A DNA stretch of 32,000 bases from an uncultured beta proteobacterium (GCA_963843805.1 CAWJLY010000001.1:1086777-1118776), one strand, 5' to 3'; shown: positions 17,027-27,277, numbered from the stretch's first letter. The notes: generated by a model not told the origin, from the letters alone. Made by a program: numbers and translations.

Positions 17027-18338
17027 TCAGCTCGCCTTGAAATTGGCTTTCTTCAACAGCGACTCGTATTGCTGACTCATCACATAACTCTGCACCTGGG
17101 CCCAGAAGTCCATCGTCACCACGACGATGATCAACAGCGAGGTGCCTCCGAAATAGAACGGCACGTTGTACTTGAGGACCAGAAACTCGGGCAACAGGCA
17201 CACGCCGGTGATGTAGATCGCGCCGATCAGCGTCAGCCGCGACAAGATGCGGTCGATATGGCGTGCCGTCTGGTCCCCCGGACGGATCCCCGGGATGAAG
17301 GCGCCGCTCTTCTTCAGGTTGTCAGCCGTCTCGCGGCTGTTGAAAACCAGCGCGGTGTAGAAGAAGCAGAAGAAGATGATCGCCGCGGCGTACAACATCA
17401 CGTAGATCGGCTGCCCCGGCGACAGCAGCGCTGCCAGGTCACGCAGCCAGCGGAAGCCGTCACCTGCGGCAAACCAGCCCACCGCGGTTGCCGGCAACAG
17501 GATGATCGACGAGGCGAAGATCGGCGGGATCACGCCCGACATGTTCAGCTTCAGCGGCAAGTGCGAAGACTGGCCACCATAGACCTTGTTGCCGACCTGC
17601 CGCTTGGCATAGTTGACCAGGATCTTGCGCTGACCGCGTTCGACAAATACCACCAGGTAGGTCACTGCAGCAATGACCACCAGGATCACGATCGCGACAA
17701 CGATGCTCATCGCCCCGGTATTGATGAGCGAGATCATCCCGCCGATCGCCCCCGGCAGCCCGGCAACGATGCCGCCGAAGATCAGGATCGAAATGCCGTT
17801 GCCGAGACCTCGTTCGGTGATCTGCTCGCCGAGCCACATCAGGAACATGGTGCCCGCCACCAGGCTCACCACCGCCGTCAGTCGAAAGCCGAAGCCCGGG
17901 GAAATCACCAGACCTTGCGAACCTTCGAGCGCCAACGCGATGCCCAGCGACTGGAACAGCGCCAGCCCCAGTGTGCCGTAGCGGGTGTACTGCGTGATCT
18001 TGCGACGGCCCGACTCGCCTTCTTTCTTGATCGCCTCGAGCGTCGGCACCACGTAGGTCATCAACTGCATGATGATCGACGCCGAGATATACGGCATGAT
18101 GCCCAGCGCAAATACCGTGAAGCGCGACAACGCTCCGCCTGAGAACATGTTGAACAGGCTCAAGATGCCGCCAGACTGGCTCTTGAACAACTCGGCCAAC
18201 TGGTTCGGATCGATGCCCGGGAACCGGAATGTGTGCACCGAGGCGATAAACGACGAGCGCCAACAACAAGAAGATCAGACGGCGACGAAGATCACCGAAT
18301 TTTCCGCTTTTTGCCAGCTGATTTGCGTTGGTTGCCAC
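17027..18338 (-). pseudogene. secY: Preprotein translocase subunit SecY, reading frame interrupted by a 1-nt excess in a CCCGGG run (18215-18221)
   Basis: ORF from 18338 gives [41 protein letters not shown] and then nonsense. ORF 17027-18238 resumes in another frame with ...[54 protein letters not shown]... to the normal SecY end. Span is 1312 nt, which is 3n+1. Minus strand reads CCG GTT CCC GG[G] CAT CGA where CCC GGC ATC GAT is expected. Confidence 0.9.
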
Positions 18339-18371
18339 TGAGGTTGGTTCTGCTTGTACGTTGCGCTTCTA

Positions 18372-18803
18372 TCAGGCGACGCTGCCGCCCGCGGCCTCGA
18401 TTGCCGCCTTGGCACCGGCCGTTGCACCGACGCCCTTCAGGGAGACTGCGCGGGTCAACTCACCCGACTTGATCACCTTGACCGTCTTGATCAGCTGGCC
18501 AACCAGGCCAGCCTGCTTCAGCGACAGCAGATCGACTTCATCGACGGCCAGGCGCTCGAGATCGGTCAGGCTGATTTCGTCGTTGTACTTGAGCGTGGTC
18601 GACTTGAAGCCGCGCTTGGGCAGACGGCGCTGCAGCGGCATCTGGCCGCCTTCGAAACCGACCTTGTGAAAGCCGCCCGAACGAGATTTCTGACCCTTGT
18701 GGCCACGGCCGGCCGTCTTGCCCAGGCCGGATCCGATGCCGCGGCCGACGCGGCGACGGTCACGCTTGGACCCGACGGCGGGCTTGATGCTGTTCAATTC
18801 CAT
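18372..18803 (-). CDS. rplO: 50S ribosomal protein L15
   Basis: 143 aa, [44 protein letters not shown]... Confidence 0.97.
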   Translation of the reverse strand: MELNSIKPAVGSKRDRRRVGRGIGSGLGKTAGRGHKGQKSRSGGFHKVGFEGGQMPLQRRLPKRGFKSTTLKYNDEISLTDLERLAVDEVDLLSLKQAGLVGQLIKTVKVIKSGELTRAVSLKGVGATAGAKAAIEAAGGSVA

Positions 18804-18836
18804 GTTCTTCTCCAGATCTTCAGCTGATCACGCGGA

Positions 18837-19043
18837 TCAGAGCACCTTCACAAGGTACGAGACCTTGTTGATCATGCCGCGCACGGCCGGGGTATCTTCC
18901 AGCGTCGATTCGCTGTTCAGCTTGCGCAGGCCGAGGCCACGCACGGTGGCCCGGTGGGTTTCACGCGTGCCGGCAACACTGCGCACCAGCTTCAGTGTCA
19001 CGGTGCCTTTCGGCGTCGGGTTGTCAGTCTTGTTGTCGCTCAT
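18837..19043 (-). CDS. rpmD: 50S ribosomal protein L30
   Basis: 68 aa, ...[53 protein letters not shown]. Confidence 0.95.
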   Translation of the reverse strand: MSDNKTDNPTPKGTVTLKLVRSVAGTRETHRATVRGLGLRKLNSESTLEDTPAVRGMINKVSYLVKVL

Positions 19044-19063
19044 TCGGGCTTCTCCTGAGACGC

Positions 19064-19582
19064 TCAGCCGACGATCTGTTCGACCGTCAGGCCGCGCTTG
19101 GCGGCTATCTCGGCCGGCGTGCTGGTGGCCTTCAAGGCATCCAGCGTGGCGCGAACCAGGTTGTAGGGGTTGGTCGAGCCGAGGCTCTTCGCAACGATGT
19201 CGGTCACACCCATCACCTCGAACACAGCGCGCATCGGGCCGCCGGCGATGATGCCCGCACCAGCCGGAGCCGGCGCCATCAGCACCCGCGAGGCGCCGTG
19301 TTCACCGGTCACCTTGTGGTGGATCGAGCCGTTCTTCAGCGAAACCTTGTGCATGTTGCGGCGCGCCGCTTCCATGGCCTTCTGGATCGCGACCGGCACT
19401 TCCTTGGCCTTGCCCTTGCCCATGCCGATCTTGCCGTCGCCGTCACCGACGACGGTCAACGCGGCGAAGCCGAGAATCCGGCCGCCCTTGACCACCTTGG
19501 TGACGCGGTTGACCGCGATCATCTTTTCCTTCAGACCGTCGTCACTGCCTTCTTGCGGTGCACGGGGTTGGAACTTTGCCAT
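19064..19582 (-). CDS. rpsE: 30S ribosomal protein S5
   Basis: 172 aa, ...[47 protein letters not shown]... Confidence 0.97.
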   Translation of the reverse strand: MAKFQPRAPQEGSDDGLKEKMIAVNRVTKVVKGGRILGFAALTVVGDGDGKIGMGKGKAKEVPVAIQKAMEAARRNMHKVSLKNGSIHHKVTGEHGASRVLMAPAPAGAGIIAGGPMRAVFEVMGVTDIVAKSLGSTNPYNLVRATLDALKATSTPAEIAAKRGLTVEQIVG

Positions 19583-19649
19583 TATCGAAATCCTTGGTCG
19601 CTAGGTGCAACAGAGTCGCGCAGCAGCTCGATGAGCGTTCGCGTGACGT

Positions 19650-20015
19650 TTAAAACTGCAGGCCGGCTTCGCGAGCCGCTTCCGCCAGGGCCTTGACACG
19701 ACCGTGATAGGCAAAGCCTGCACGGTCGAATGCCACCTTCTCGACGCCGGCGGCTTTCGCCTTTTCGGCGATCCGTTTGCCGATCAAGGCGGCGGCGGCG
19801 ACGTTGCCACCTTTGCCGGCCGCGCCCAGCTCCTTGCGGACCTCGGCTTCGGCGGTCGATGCGGTCGCAACGACGCGTGTGCCATCGTCCGAAATCACGG
19901 TTGCATAAATGTGCAGATTGCTGCGGAACACCGTCAACCGCGCCGAGCGCTGGATCGCAATCCGCGCACGGGTCTGGCGGGAGCGACGGATACGCTGATC
20001 CTTCTTGTTCAACAT
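19650..20015 (-). CDS. rplR: 50S ribosomal protein L18
   Basis: 121 aa, ...[29 protein letters not shown]...[28 protein letters not shown]. Confidence 0.97.
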   Translation of the reverse strand: MLNKKDQRIRRSRQTRARIAIQRSARLTVFRSNLHIYATVISDDGTRVVATASTAEAEVRKELGAAGKGGNVAAAALIGKRIAEKAKAAGVEKVAFDRAGFAYHGRVKALAEAAREAGLQF

Positions 20016-20026
20016 GTCATCGCTCC

Positions 20027-20560
20027 TTACTTCTTCTTGGTCTCTTTGATCGTGACCTTTTCGTCGCTGTACCGGATTCCCTTGCCTTTGTAGGGCTCGG
20101 GCGGACGCAACGCGCGAATCTCGGCGGCAACCTGGCCGACGGCCTGCCGGTCGGCACCCTTGATCACGATTTCAGTCTGGGTCGGACAGGCCACCTGCAC
20201 ACCTTCGGGCATGACCTTGGCCACCGGATGCGAGAAGCCGATCTGCAGATTCAGCTTGCTGCCTGCTGCCTGGGCCCGAAAGCCGACGCCGACCAGGTTG
20301 AGCTTCTTCTCGAAACCCTTGCTGACCCCGTTGACCATGTTGTTGACCAGCGCACGCATCGTGCCGGACATCGCATTGGCCTCGACCGAATCGTTGGCTG
20401 GAGCAAACAAAAGGCTGCCGTTCTCGTTTTTCACGGTGACCAGTGAATTGACCGCATGCACTTGCGTGCCGAGCGCTCCCTTGACACTGATCTGATCTGC
20501 GGTAACCGCCACGTCGACGCCCTTGGGCACGGCGATTGGCATTTTTCCTACGCGGGACAT
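20027..20560 (-). CDS. rplF: 50S ribosomal protein L6
   Basis: 177 aa, [31 protein letters not shown]...[25 protein letters not shown]. Confidence 0.97.
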   Translation of the reverse strand: MSRVGKMPIAVPKGVDVAVTADQISVKGALGTQVHAVNSLVTVKNENGSLLFAPANDSVEANAMSGTMRALVNNMVNGVSKGFEKKLNLVGVGFRAQAAGSKLNLQIGFSHPVAKVMPEGVQVACPTQTEIVIKGADRQAVGQVAAEIRALRPPEPYKGKGIRYSDEKVTIKETKKK

Positions 20561-20576
20561 TGTTGTGCTCCCTTTC

Positions 20577-20972
20577 TTAGGCGACGTAGCAAAGCACTTC
20601 GCCGCCGATACCGGCCTGGCGCGCCTTGCGATCGGTCATCACGCCTTTTGGCGTTGTCACGATGGCCACACCGAGCCCGTTCATCACGTTCGGGATGTCG
20701 TGGCGGCCCTTGTAGATGCGCAAGCCGGGACGGCTGACGCGCTCGATGCGCTCGATCACCGGACGCCCGGCGTAATACTTCAACGCGATCTCGAGTTGCG
20801 GCTTGGCCGCCTCACCCTTGACAGCGAAGTTGTCGATATAGCCTTCGTCCTTCAGGACTTGGGCAATGGCCACCTTCAGCTTCGACGACGGCATTGCAAC
20901 GGTGGTCTTGTCGACCATCTGCGCATTGCGGATGCGGGTCAGCATATCGGCGATGGGATCACTCATGCTCAT
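20577..20972 (-). CDS. rpsH: 30S ribosomal protein S8
   Basis: 131 aa, [46 protein letters not shown]... Confidence 0.97.
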   Translation of the reverse strand: MSMSDPIADMLTRIRNAQMVDKTTVAMPSSKLKVAIAQVLKDEGYIDNFAVKGEAAKPQLEIALKYYAGRPVIERIERVSRPGLRIYKGRHDIPNVMNGLGVAIVTTPKGVMTDRKARQAGIGGEVLCYVA

Positions 20973-21004
20973 AGGGAAATCTCCTGATCAGGCCCGTGTG
21001 CCGC

Positions 21005-21310
21005 TTACCAGCTGGCCTTGATGACGCCGGGGATGTCACCCTTGAACGCCAATTCGCGAATCTTGTTGCGGCCCAGTCCGAACTTGCGGAACGTGCCGCG
21101 CGGGCGACCGGTCAACTCGCAGCGGTTGCGCTGGCGCGTCGGGTAGGCATTGCGCGGCAACTGCTGCAGCGCCAGACGGGCGGCGTAGCGCTCTTCGTCC
21201 GACTTCTTCGCATCGTTGGCCGTGCCCTTGAGCTCGTCGTACTTCTTCTTGTACTTGGCGACCAGGTTGGCTCGCTTGAGTTCACGCTGAATGAGAGAAA
21301 CTTTAGCCAC
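21005..21310 (-). CDS. rpsN: 30S ribosomal protein S14
   Basis: 101 aa, [28 protein letters not shown]...[21 protein letters not shown]. Confidence 0.97.
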   Translation of the reverse strand: MAKVSLIQRELKRANLVAKYKKKYDELKGTANDAKKSDEERYAARLALQQLPRNAYPTRQRNRCELTGRPRGTFRKFGLGRNKIRELAFKGDIPGVIKASW

Positions 21311-21318
21311 GAACCACC

Positions 21319-21873
21319 TCAGTTCTTGAACGGAAACTTGAATGCGGCGAGCAAGGCCTTGGCCTCGTCGTCATTCTTGGCGGTCGTCGTGATGCTGATA
21401 TTCAGACCGCGCAGCGCATCCACCTTGTCGTAATCGACTTCCGGGAAAATGATCTGTTCCTTGACGCCGATGTTGTAATTGCCCCGGCCATCGAACGCGC
21501 GACCGGAAATACCGCGAAAGTCGCGAACCCGCGGCAGCGCAATCGTCACGAAGCGGTCGAGAAACTCGTACATGCGAACGCCGCGCAGCGTGACCATGCA
21601 GCCGATCGGCACATGGTCGCGAATCTTGAAGCCGGCAATCGCCTTCTTGGCCTTGGTGACGACCGGCTTCTGGCCGGCAATCTTGGTCATGTCGCTGACC
21701 GCATGCTCCATCACCTTCTTGTCCGACACCGCCTCGCTCACACCCATGTTGAGCGTGATCTTGGTCAGGCGCGGGACTTCCATCACCGATTTGTAGTGAA
21801 ACTTCTCGACCATCTCAGGTGCGATCTTGTCGCGGAAGACGGTCAACAGGCGCGGTACGATTTGTTCTGCCAT
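21319..21873 (-). CDS. rplE: 50S ribosomal protein L5
   Basis: 184 aa, ...[26 protein letters not shown]...[37 protein letters not shown] upstream. Confidence 0.97.
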   Translation of the reverse strand: MAEQIVPRLLTVFRDKIAPEMVEKFHYKSVMEVPRLTKITLNMGVSEAVSDKKVMEHAVSDMTKIAGQKPVVTKAKKAIAGFKIRDHVPIGCMVTLRGVRMYEFLDRFVTIALPRVRDFRGISGRAFDGRGNYNIGVKEQIIFPEVDYDKVDALRGLNISITTTAKNDDEAKALLAAFKFPFKN

Positions 21874-21882
21874 GGTCGCTCC

Positions 21883-22200
21883 TTAGGCCTTGATGGCGTC
21901 GCCGCTGGACTTGAAGACGCGCGACTTCTTGCCGTCGTCGCCCAGCTTGATGCCCACGCGATCGGCCTTGCCCGTGGCGGCGTTGTAGATCGCCACGTTC
22001 GACTGGTGGATCGGCATGGTCTTGTCGACCACACCACCGGTGGTGCCCTTCATCGGGTTCGGCTTGACGTGCTTCTTGACGGTATTGACACCCTCGACGA
22101 GGATGTGATCGTCATCGACACGTTGCGCGACGGTGCCGCGTTTGCCTTTGTCGCGACCGGTCAGGACAATGACCTGGTCGCCTTTGCGAATCTTGTTCAT
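21883..22200 (-). CDS. rplX: 50S ribosomal protein L24
   Basis: 105 aa, [24 protein letters not shown]... Confidence 0.97.
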   Translation of the reverse strand: MNKIRKGDQVIVLTGRDKGKRGTVAQRVDDDHILVEGVNTVKKHVKPNPMKGTTGGVVDKTMPIHQSNVAIYNAATGKADRVGIKLGDDGKKSRVFKSSGDAIKA

Positions 22201-22220
22201 GGCTGCCCTTTAAACGGGGT

Positions 22221-22589
22221 TCAAAGCACTTCAGGTGCCAGCGAGACGATCTTCATGAAACGCTCGGTGCGCAGTTCACGCGTCACCGGGCCGAAGATGC
22301 GGGTGCCGATCGGCTCGAGCTTGGCGTTCAGCAGGACAGCGGCGTTGCCGTCGAACTTGACCAGCGAGCCATCCTGGCGGCGAACGCCTTTGGCGGTGCG
22401 AACGACGACGGCACTGTAGACCTCGCCCTTCTTCACGCGGCCACGCGGCGCGGCTTCCTTGATGCTGACCTTGATGACGTCGCCGATGCCGGCGTAGCGG
22501 CGCCTGGAGCCGCCCAGCACCTTGATGCACATGACGGACTTGGCACCGGTGTTGTCCGCGACCTGAAGCCGCGACTGCATTTGAATCAT
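22221..22589 (-). CDS. rplN: 50S ribosomal protein L14
   Basis: 122 aa, [46 protein letters not shown]... Confidence 0.98.
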   Translation of the reverse strand: MIQMQSRLQVADNTGAKSVMCIKVLGGSRRRYAGIGDVIKVSIKEAAPRGRVKKGEVYSAVVVRTAKGVRRQDGSLVKFDGNAAVLLNAKLEPIGTRIFGPVTRELRTERFMKIVSLAPEVL

Positions 22590-22760
22590 GTTCTATGTCC
22601 CCAACTTGAACCGTTTGCTGTGGCCGCCAGGCAGCCTGCACGCGATCAGTCTTGGGCCCGTCAGTGCCTTTGACCTTTGCTGGCCGCAGGCGCTGCTTGG
22701 GCGGAACCGAACCCGTTTGCCTGACTGCATGCCAGGCGCGTATGTTCAGCGAAGTCGTCG

Positions 22761-22789
22761 ATTATCTACTGGTTTTGCCGATGCGTCAA
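22761..22789 (-). promoter_or_regulatory. Candidate sigma70 promoter of the spc operon (TTGACG-17 nt-GATAAT)
   Basis: Minus-strand reading: TTGACG (22789-22784), 17-nt spacer, GATAAT (22766-22761). An A/T-rich stretch (GAGAAATTAT) lies just upstream. About 170 nt upstream of the rplN ATG. Confidence 0.6.
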
Positions 22790-22905
22790 GAGCCGACGGA
22801 TAATTTCTCAAGAACCTGGCACGTGCCCACCAGAACAGTTCAAAGCGCCACTCGGACCGATCCAGCAAACACCGCGGATCCGGCTCCGCCGGTCCGCTGG
22901 TGTTG

Positions 22906-22945
22906 CCCCCTTGAGGGGGAGCGGCAAAGCCGCTCCGGGGGTGGG
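22906..22945. repeat. GC-rich hairpin repeat, copy A (CCCCCTTGAGGGGGAGCGGCAAAGCCGCTCCGGGGGTGGG), immediately 3-prime of the peroxiredoxin stop
   Basis: Two modules: CCCCC-TTGA-GGGGG and GGAGCGGC-AAA-GCCGCTCC (8-bp perfect stem, 22918-22936), followed by GGGGGTGGG. About 36 of 41 identical to the reverse complement of copy D (30610-30650). Confidence 0.7.
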
Positions 22946-22948
22946 TAA

Positions 22949-23461
22949 TCAGCCCTTGGCCTTCGCCTGCTCCAGCATCGTCTCGGCGTTGCTGACCTCG
23001 AACTTGCCCGGTGCCTCGATGTTCAGGCTCTTGACCACGCCGTCGACCACCAGCATCGAATAGCGCTGTGAGCGCATTCCCATGCCGCGTGCGCCGAGGT
23101 CGAGAGTGAGGCCGGTGGCTTTGGTGAAATCGGCACTGCCGTCGGCCATCATGCGAACCTTGCCATCGGTTTTCTGATCGCGCGCCCAGGCGCCCATCAC
23201 AAACGCGTCGTTGACCGAGACGCACCAGACTTCATCGACACCGGCCGCACGAAGGGCGTCGGCGTGTTTCATGTAGCTCGGCACATGCTGCGCCGAGCAG
23301 GTGGGCGTGAAAGCCCCTGGCAACGCGAAAATTGCAATCGTCTTGCCGCTGGCGGCCTTGGAGACATCAACCGGGTTCGGACCGACCGAACAGCCGTTGC
23401 CTTCGACCTCGACGAATTCCTGCAGTGTCGCGGCGGGCAGCTTGTCACCAATCTTCAACAT
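22949..23461 (-). CDS. Peroxiredoxin (Prx5-like / AhpC-TSA family, atypical 2-Cys type)
   Basis: Start set at ATG 23461 (MLKIGDKLP), which has GAAGGAG 7 nt upstream; the ORF track begins at an upstream TTG (23476). Active-site motif FALPGAFTPTCS. Overall 170 aa, similar to Prx5/PrxD-type peroxiredoxins. Confidence 0.88.
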   Translation of the reverse strand: MLKIGDKLPAATLQEFVEVEGNGCSVGPNPVDVSKAASGKTIAIFALPGAFTPTCSAQHVPSYMKHADALRAAGVDEVWCVSVNDAFVMGAWARDQKTDGKVRMMADGSADFTKATGLTLDLGARGMGMRSQRYSMLVVDGVVKSLNIEAPGKFEVSNAETMLEQAKAKG

Positions 23462-23500
23462 GTCATGCTCCTTCAAAGTTCATGCAATGGCCGGGCGGCC

Positions 23501-23539
23501 AAATGAAAACAGCCGACCACCACAAACAGCAGGTCGGCT
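23501..23539 (-). terminator. Rho-independent terminator after rpsQ (end of the S10 operon)
   Basis: Minus strand: AGCCGACC (23539-23532), 13-nt loop, GGTCGGCT (23518-23511), then GTTTTCATTT (23510-23501). Confidence 0.55.
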
Positions 23540-23580
23540 GAGATGTTGCAGGCCAGACAACATGCCTGCGTCGACTATTG

Positions 23581-23886
23581 TCAGACCTCGCGCGAGGCCT
23601 GGACCAGCTTGGTCACAACCCATGCCTTGGTCTTGGAGATCGGCCGGCATTCGGCAATCTCGACCATGTCGCCCATCTTGTACTCGCCCTTTTCATCATG
23701 AGCGTGGTACTTGCTGGAGCGCGCGACGATCTTGCCGTACAGCTCATGCTTGGTCCGGCGCTCGATCAGCACCGTGACGGTCTTGTTGCGCTTGTCGCTG
23801 ACAACCTTGCCAACCAGTGTGCGCGTATTTTTGGCTGCCGGTGCGGCCGCATCGGCGCTCGTCTCGGCGACGGCTTGACTGTTCAT
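23581..23886 (-). CDS. rpsQ: 30S ribosomal protein S17 (with a 15-20 aa Ala-rich N-terminal extension)
   Basis: 101 aa, ...[74 protein letters not shown] overlap with the rpmC stop. Confidence 0.95.
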   Translation of the reverse strand: MNSQAVAETSADAAAPAAKNTRTLVGKVVSDKRNKTVTVLIERRTKHELYGKIVARSSKYHAHDEKGEYKMGDMVEIAECRPISKTKAWVVTKLVQASREV

Positions 23887-24086
23887 TTCGCAGCCTCTTC
23901 TTTCTTCTTCTGCGCCAGGATGGTCTTGGTGCGCGCGATATCGCGGCGCGTCTTGCCCATCTGCGAGTGGTTGGTCAATTGCTGCGTGGCTCGTTGCATG
24001 CGCAGGCCGAAGTGGGCCTTCAGCAGATCGCTGACCTCTTTGTCGAGGCCCGCGATGTCCTTGGCGCGGAGTTCAGATGCTTTCAT
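23883..24086 (-). CDS. rpmC: 50S ribosomal protein L29
   Basis: Start set at ATG 24086 ([31 protein letters not shown]...) with GAGGAG RBS; the longer ORF in the track (to 24131) overlaps rplP. Confidence 0.94.
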   Translation of the reverse strand: MKASELRAKDIAGLDKEVSDLLKAHFGLRMQRATQQLTNHSQMGKTRRDIARTKTILAQKKKEEAAK

Positions 24087-24097
24087 CAATATGCTCC

Positions 24098-24514
24098 TCA
24101 GGCGCCGACCTGGCGCGACACGAAGGTGCACTTCAGCGGCAGCTTGGCTGCGGCCAGTGTGAACGCTTCGCGTGCCAGCTCTTCGGCGACACCGTTGATT
24201 TCATAGAGCACCTTGCCGGGCTGGATCTCGGCAACGTAGTACTCGGGGTTGCCCTTGCCGTTGCCCATGCGGACCTCGGCAGGCTTTTGCGAAATGGGTT
24301 TGTCGGGGAAGATCCGGATCCAGATCCGGCCACCGCGCTTGACGTGACGCGAGATCGCACGGCGAGCCGCTTCGATCTGGCGTGCCGTCAGACGGCCGCG
24401 TTCGGTGGCCTTCAGGCCGAAATCGCCGAACGAGACATTGGCACCACGGGTCGCGACACCGGTGTTGCGACCCTTTTGTTCCTTGCGGAACTTCCTGCGT
24501 GCGGGTTGCATCAT
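24098..24514 (-). CDS. rplP: 50S ribosomal protein L16
   Basis: 138 aa, [36 protein letters not shown]... Confidence 0.97.
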   Translation of the reverse strand: MMQPARRKFRKEQKGRNTGVATRGANVSFGDFGLKATERGRLTARQIEAARRAISRHVKRGGRIWIRIFPDKPISQKPAEVRMGNGKGNPEYYVAEIQPGKVLYEINGVAEELAREAFTLAAAKLPLKCTFVSRQVGA

Positions 24515-24517
24515 GTT

Positions 24518-25412
24518 TTATTCTCCTTTGGGCGGCTCAGTGGCACCGGGTGCCACGGCCTTGCGCACGCGCTTGACAGCGGGCGTACGTGGGGCGCCGT
24601 CGGCCGATTCGGCCGGTTTGTCGGCGCCTTCTGAAGTCGGTCCGCCAGCACGCGGGAATCGATCACCGGACGGTCCGCCCGGACGACCACGTCCCGCAGG
24701 CGCACCAGGACGCGCATTGCGACGCGGACGGCGATCATCCTCGCCACCCTCGTTCTTGCTCGTCACGCCGGGCGATTCGCCATTGGCCAGCCGGTCACCG
24801 CGATAGACCCAGCACTTGACGCCAATCACGCCGTAGGTCGTCTTGGCTTCGGAGAAGCCATAGTCGATGTCGGCCTTCAAGGTATGAAGCGGCACGCGGC
24901 CTTCGCGATACCACTCGCAGCGGGCGATCTCGATGCCGTTGAGGCGGCCCGACGACATGATCTTGATGCCCTGCGCACCCAGGCGCATCGCGTTTTGCAT
25001 CGCACGTTTCATCGCGCGACGAAACATGATCCGCTTCTCGAGCTGCTGGGTGATGCTGTCGGCGATCAGCTGTGCATCGATTTCGGGCTTGCGCACTTCC
25101 TCGATGTTGACCGCGACCGGCACGCCGAGCCGGCGTGTCAGTTCGGCCTTCAGGTTTTCGATGTCCTCGCCCTTCTTGCCGATCACGACGCCCGGGCGTG
25201 CCGAGAAGATCGTGATGCGCGCATTCTTGGCCGGACGCTCGATCAGGATGCGCGAAACAGCCGCGCTTTTCAGGCGTGCCTTCAGATACTCGCGCACCTT
25301 CAGGTCTTCGGCCAGCATGCGTGGCGAAGTTCTGGTTGTTCGCATACCAGCGCGACGCCCAGTTCCGCGTCACGGGCAGACGGAAACCGGTCGGATGGAT
25401 TTTTTGTCCCAT
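24518..25412 (-). pseudogene. rpsC: 30S ribosomal protein S3, reading frame interrupted by a 1-nt excess near 25319-25321
   Basis: ORF from 25412 gives [31 protein letters not shown] and then nonsense. ORF 24518-25345 in another frame carries [57 protein letters not shown]... to the S3 end. Span is 895 nt, which is 3n+1. Minus-strand junction: TTC GCC ACG [C] ATG CTG GCC. Confidence 0.9.
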
Positions 25413-25456
25413 GGTTTTCCTTGTCAGCGGCGCACGGCCGTCCGAAGACGTTGACG

Positions 25457-25497
25457 CGCCCCCTCGGGGGGCAGCGAACGCAGTGAGAGTGGGGGCG
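25457..25497. repeat. GC-rich hairpin repeat, copy B (CGCCCCCTCGGGGGGCAGCGAACGCAGTGAGAGTGGGGGCG), in the rplV-rpsC spacer
   Basis: The C-run (25459-25463) can pair with the adjacent G6 (25466-25471) or the distal G5 (25491-25495). The outer 7-bp stem is CGCCCCC/GGGGGCG. Same architecture as copy C (28942-28976). Confidence 0.6.
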
Positions 25498-25505
25498 TCA
25501 TCATC

Positions 25506-25835
25506 TTAGTTGCCGACGGTGACGTAGATGTGGCAGGTCGGCTTGCTGATGCGGTTGCCGCGGCCCTTGGCCCGTGCGGAAAAACGCTTCAGTGTTGCGC
25601 CCTGCTCGACGAAGATCGTCTTGACCTTCAGCTCGTCGATATCGGCACCGTCGTTGTGCTCGGCGTTGGCAATCGCCGACTCCAGGCATTTCTTGATGAT
25701 GCCGGCAGCCTTCTTCGGCGTGAATGCCAGGATGTTCAGTGCGTGATCGACCTTCTTGCCACGGACCATGTCCGCAACGATGCGGCCCTTGTCAGCCGAC
25801 AGGCGAACACCGCGTACGATTGAATTGGTTTCCAT
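25506..25835 (-). CDS. rplV: 50S ribosomal protein L22
   Basis: 109 aa, [44 protein letters not shown]... Confidence 0.97.
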   Translation of the reverse strand: METNSIVRGVRLSADKGRIVADMVRGKKVDHALNILAFTPKKAAGIIKKCLESAIANAEHNDGADIDELKVKTIFVEQGATLKRFSARAKGRGNRISKPTCHIYVTVGN

Positions 25836-25844
25836 CGTGCGTCC

Positions 25845-26120
25845 TTATTTCTTGGCTTTCTTGTCGGCCGGGTGGCCCTTGAACGTGCGGGTCAGCGCAA
25901 ATTCACCGAGCTTGTGGCCAACCATCTGGTCGGTGACATACACCGGCACATGCTGCTTGCCGTTGTGCACGGCAATCGTCACGCCGATGAAATCGGGCAG
26001 GATGGTCGAGCGGCGCGACCAGGTCTTGATCGGCTTCTTGTCCTTGGTCGCAACCGCCTTTTCCACCTTGGCTTGCAGGTGGTTGTCGACGAACGGACCT
26101 TTTTTCAGTGAACGGGTCAT
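25845..26120 (-). CDS. rpsS: 30S ribosomal protein S19
   Basis: 91 aa, [22 protein letters not shown]...[33 protein letters not shown]. Confidence 0.97.
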   Translation of the reverse strand: MTRSLKKGPFVDNHLQAKVEKAVATKDKKPIKTWSRRSTILPDFIGVTIAVHNGKQHVPVYVTDQMVGHKLGEFALTRTFKGHPADKKAKK

Positions 26121-26135
26121 CTTGTCGCCCCTTCC

Positions 26136-26960
26136 TTACTTCTTGCGACGCGAGACGATGAACGTCTGCGTGCGCTTGTTGCTGCGAGTGCGATAACCCT
26201 TGGTCATCGTGTTCCACGGCGAGACCGGAACCTGGCCCTCGCCGGTCCGGCCTTCGCCGCCGCCGTGCGGGTGATCGACCGGGTTCATCGCGACACCACG
26301 CACCGTCGGGCGAATGCCCTTCCAGCGGATCGCACCGGCCTTGCCGTACTGGCGCAGGCTGTGCTCTTCATTCGACACTTCGCCGATGGTTGCCCGGCAA
26401 TCGATGTGGATCTTGCGAACCTCACCCGAGCGCAGGCGCAACTGGGCGTAGATGCCTTCGCGAGCCAGCAGCGTGACGGACGCACCGGCCGAACGCGCGA
26501 TCTGCGCGCCCTTGCCAGGCAACATCTCGATGCAGTGGATCGTCGAGCCAACCGGAATGTTGCGGATCGGCAGCGTGTTGCCGGCCTTGATCGGCGCCTC
26601 GGCGCCGCTCATGATCGTCGCGCCGACATCGAGGCCGCGCGGGGCAATGATGTAGCGGCGCTCGCCATCGGCATAACACACCAGCGCGATGTGCGCCGTG
26701 CGGTTCGGGTCGTACTCGATGCGCTCGACCTTCGCCGGGATCGAATCCTTGTTGCGGATGAAATCGATCACGCGGTAGTGGTGCTTGTGGCCACCGCCGC
26801 GATGGCGAATCGTGATGTGGCCGTTGTGATTGCGGCCGGCATTCTGCATCTGCGGCTCGAGCAGCGATGCTTCCGGCTTGCCCTTGTGCAGGTGCGAATG
26901 CACCACCTTGACCATGCCACGACGGCCTGGCGAGGTTGGTTTGATCTTGATGACGGCCAT
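26136..26960 (-). CDS. rplB: 50S ribosomal protein L2
   Basis: 274 aa, [19 protein letters not shown]...[18 protein letters not shown]... Confidence 0.98.
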   Translation of the reverse strand: MAVIKIKPTSPGRRGMVKVVHSHLHKGKPEASLLEPQMQNAGRNHNGHITIRHRGGGHKHHYRVIDFIRNKDSIPAKVERIEYDPNRTAHIALVCYADGERRYIIAPRGLDVGATIMSGAEAPIKAGNTLPIRNIPVGSTIHCIEMLPGKGAQIARSAGASVTLLAREGIYAQLRLRSGEVRKIHIDCRATIGEVSNEEHSLRQYGKAGAIRWKGIRPTVRGVAMNPVDHPHGGGEGRTGEGQVPVSPWNTMTKGYRTRSNKRTQTFIVSRRKK

Positions 26961-27277
26961 TACGCGCCCTCCCCGACGAAGTTGAGCTCCTGGCCAGCCT
27001 TCAGCGAGACATACGCCTTCTTGACGTGGTCGCGGCGGCCCATGAAGCGGCCGAATTTCTTGGCCTTGCCCTTTTGAACGACGGTTTGTACCGACTCGAC
27101 CTCGACCTTGAACAGCAGCTCGACGGCTGCCTTGATCTCGGGTTTGGTGGCGTCGCGCAGAACCTTGAACAACACCTGGTTGTGCTTCTCGGCGGTCATC
27201 GTCCCCTTCTCGGAGACGATTGGCGCGACCAGCACCTGAGCCAGACGGTTTTCAGCAAATTTGACTGTGGTGCTCAT
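26960..27277 (-). CDS. rplW: 50S ribosomal protein L23
   Basis: 105 aa, ...[45 protein letters not shown]... TAATG overlap with rplB. Confidence 0.96.
   Translation of the reverse strand: MSTTVKFAENRLAQVLVAPIVSEKGTMTAEKHNQVLFKVLRDATKPEIKAAVELLFKVEVESVQTVVQKGKAKKFGRFMGRRDHVKKAYVSLKAGQELNFVGEGA

Noticed and set aside
13883-18142. Long plus-strand ORFs 13883-15070 (395 aa), 15290-16504 (404 aa) and 16763-18142 (459 aa)
   Set aside because: They are antisense to rpoA, rpsD/rpsK and secY. Their His/Arg/Asp/Gln-rich composition is that of reverse frames of highly expressed genes.
15124-25412. Programmed ribosomal frameshifting as the explanation for the rpsD, secY and rpsC frame breaks
   Set aside because: No slippery heptamer or stimulatory element is evident at any of the three junctions, and no such mechanism is known for these genes. 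Sequence error is more parsimonious. The breaks are kept as findings only because they need read-level verification.
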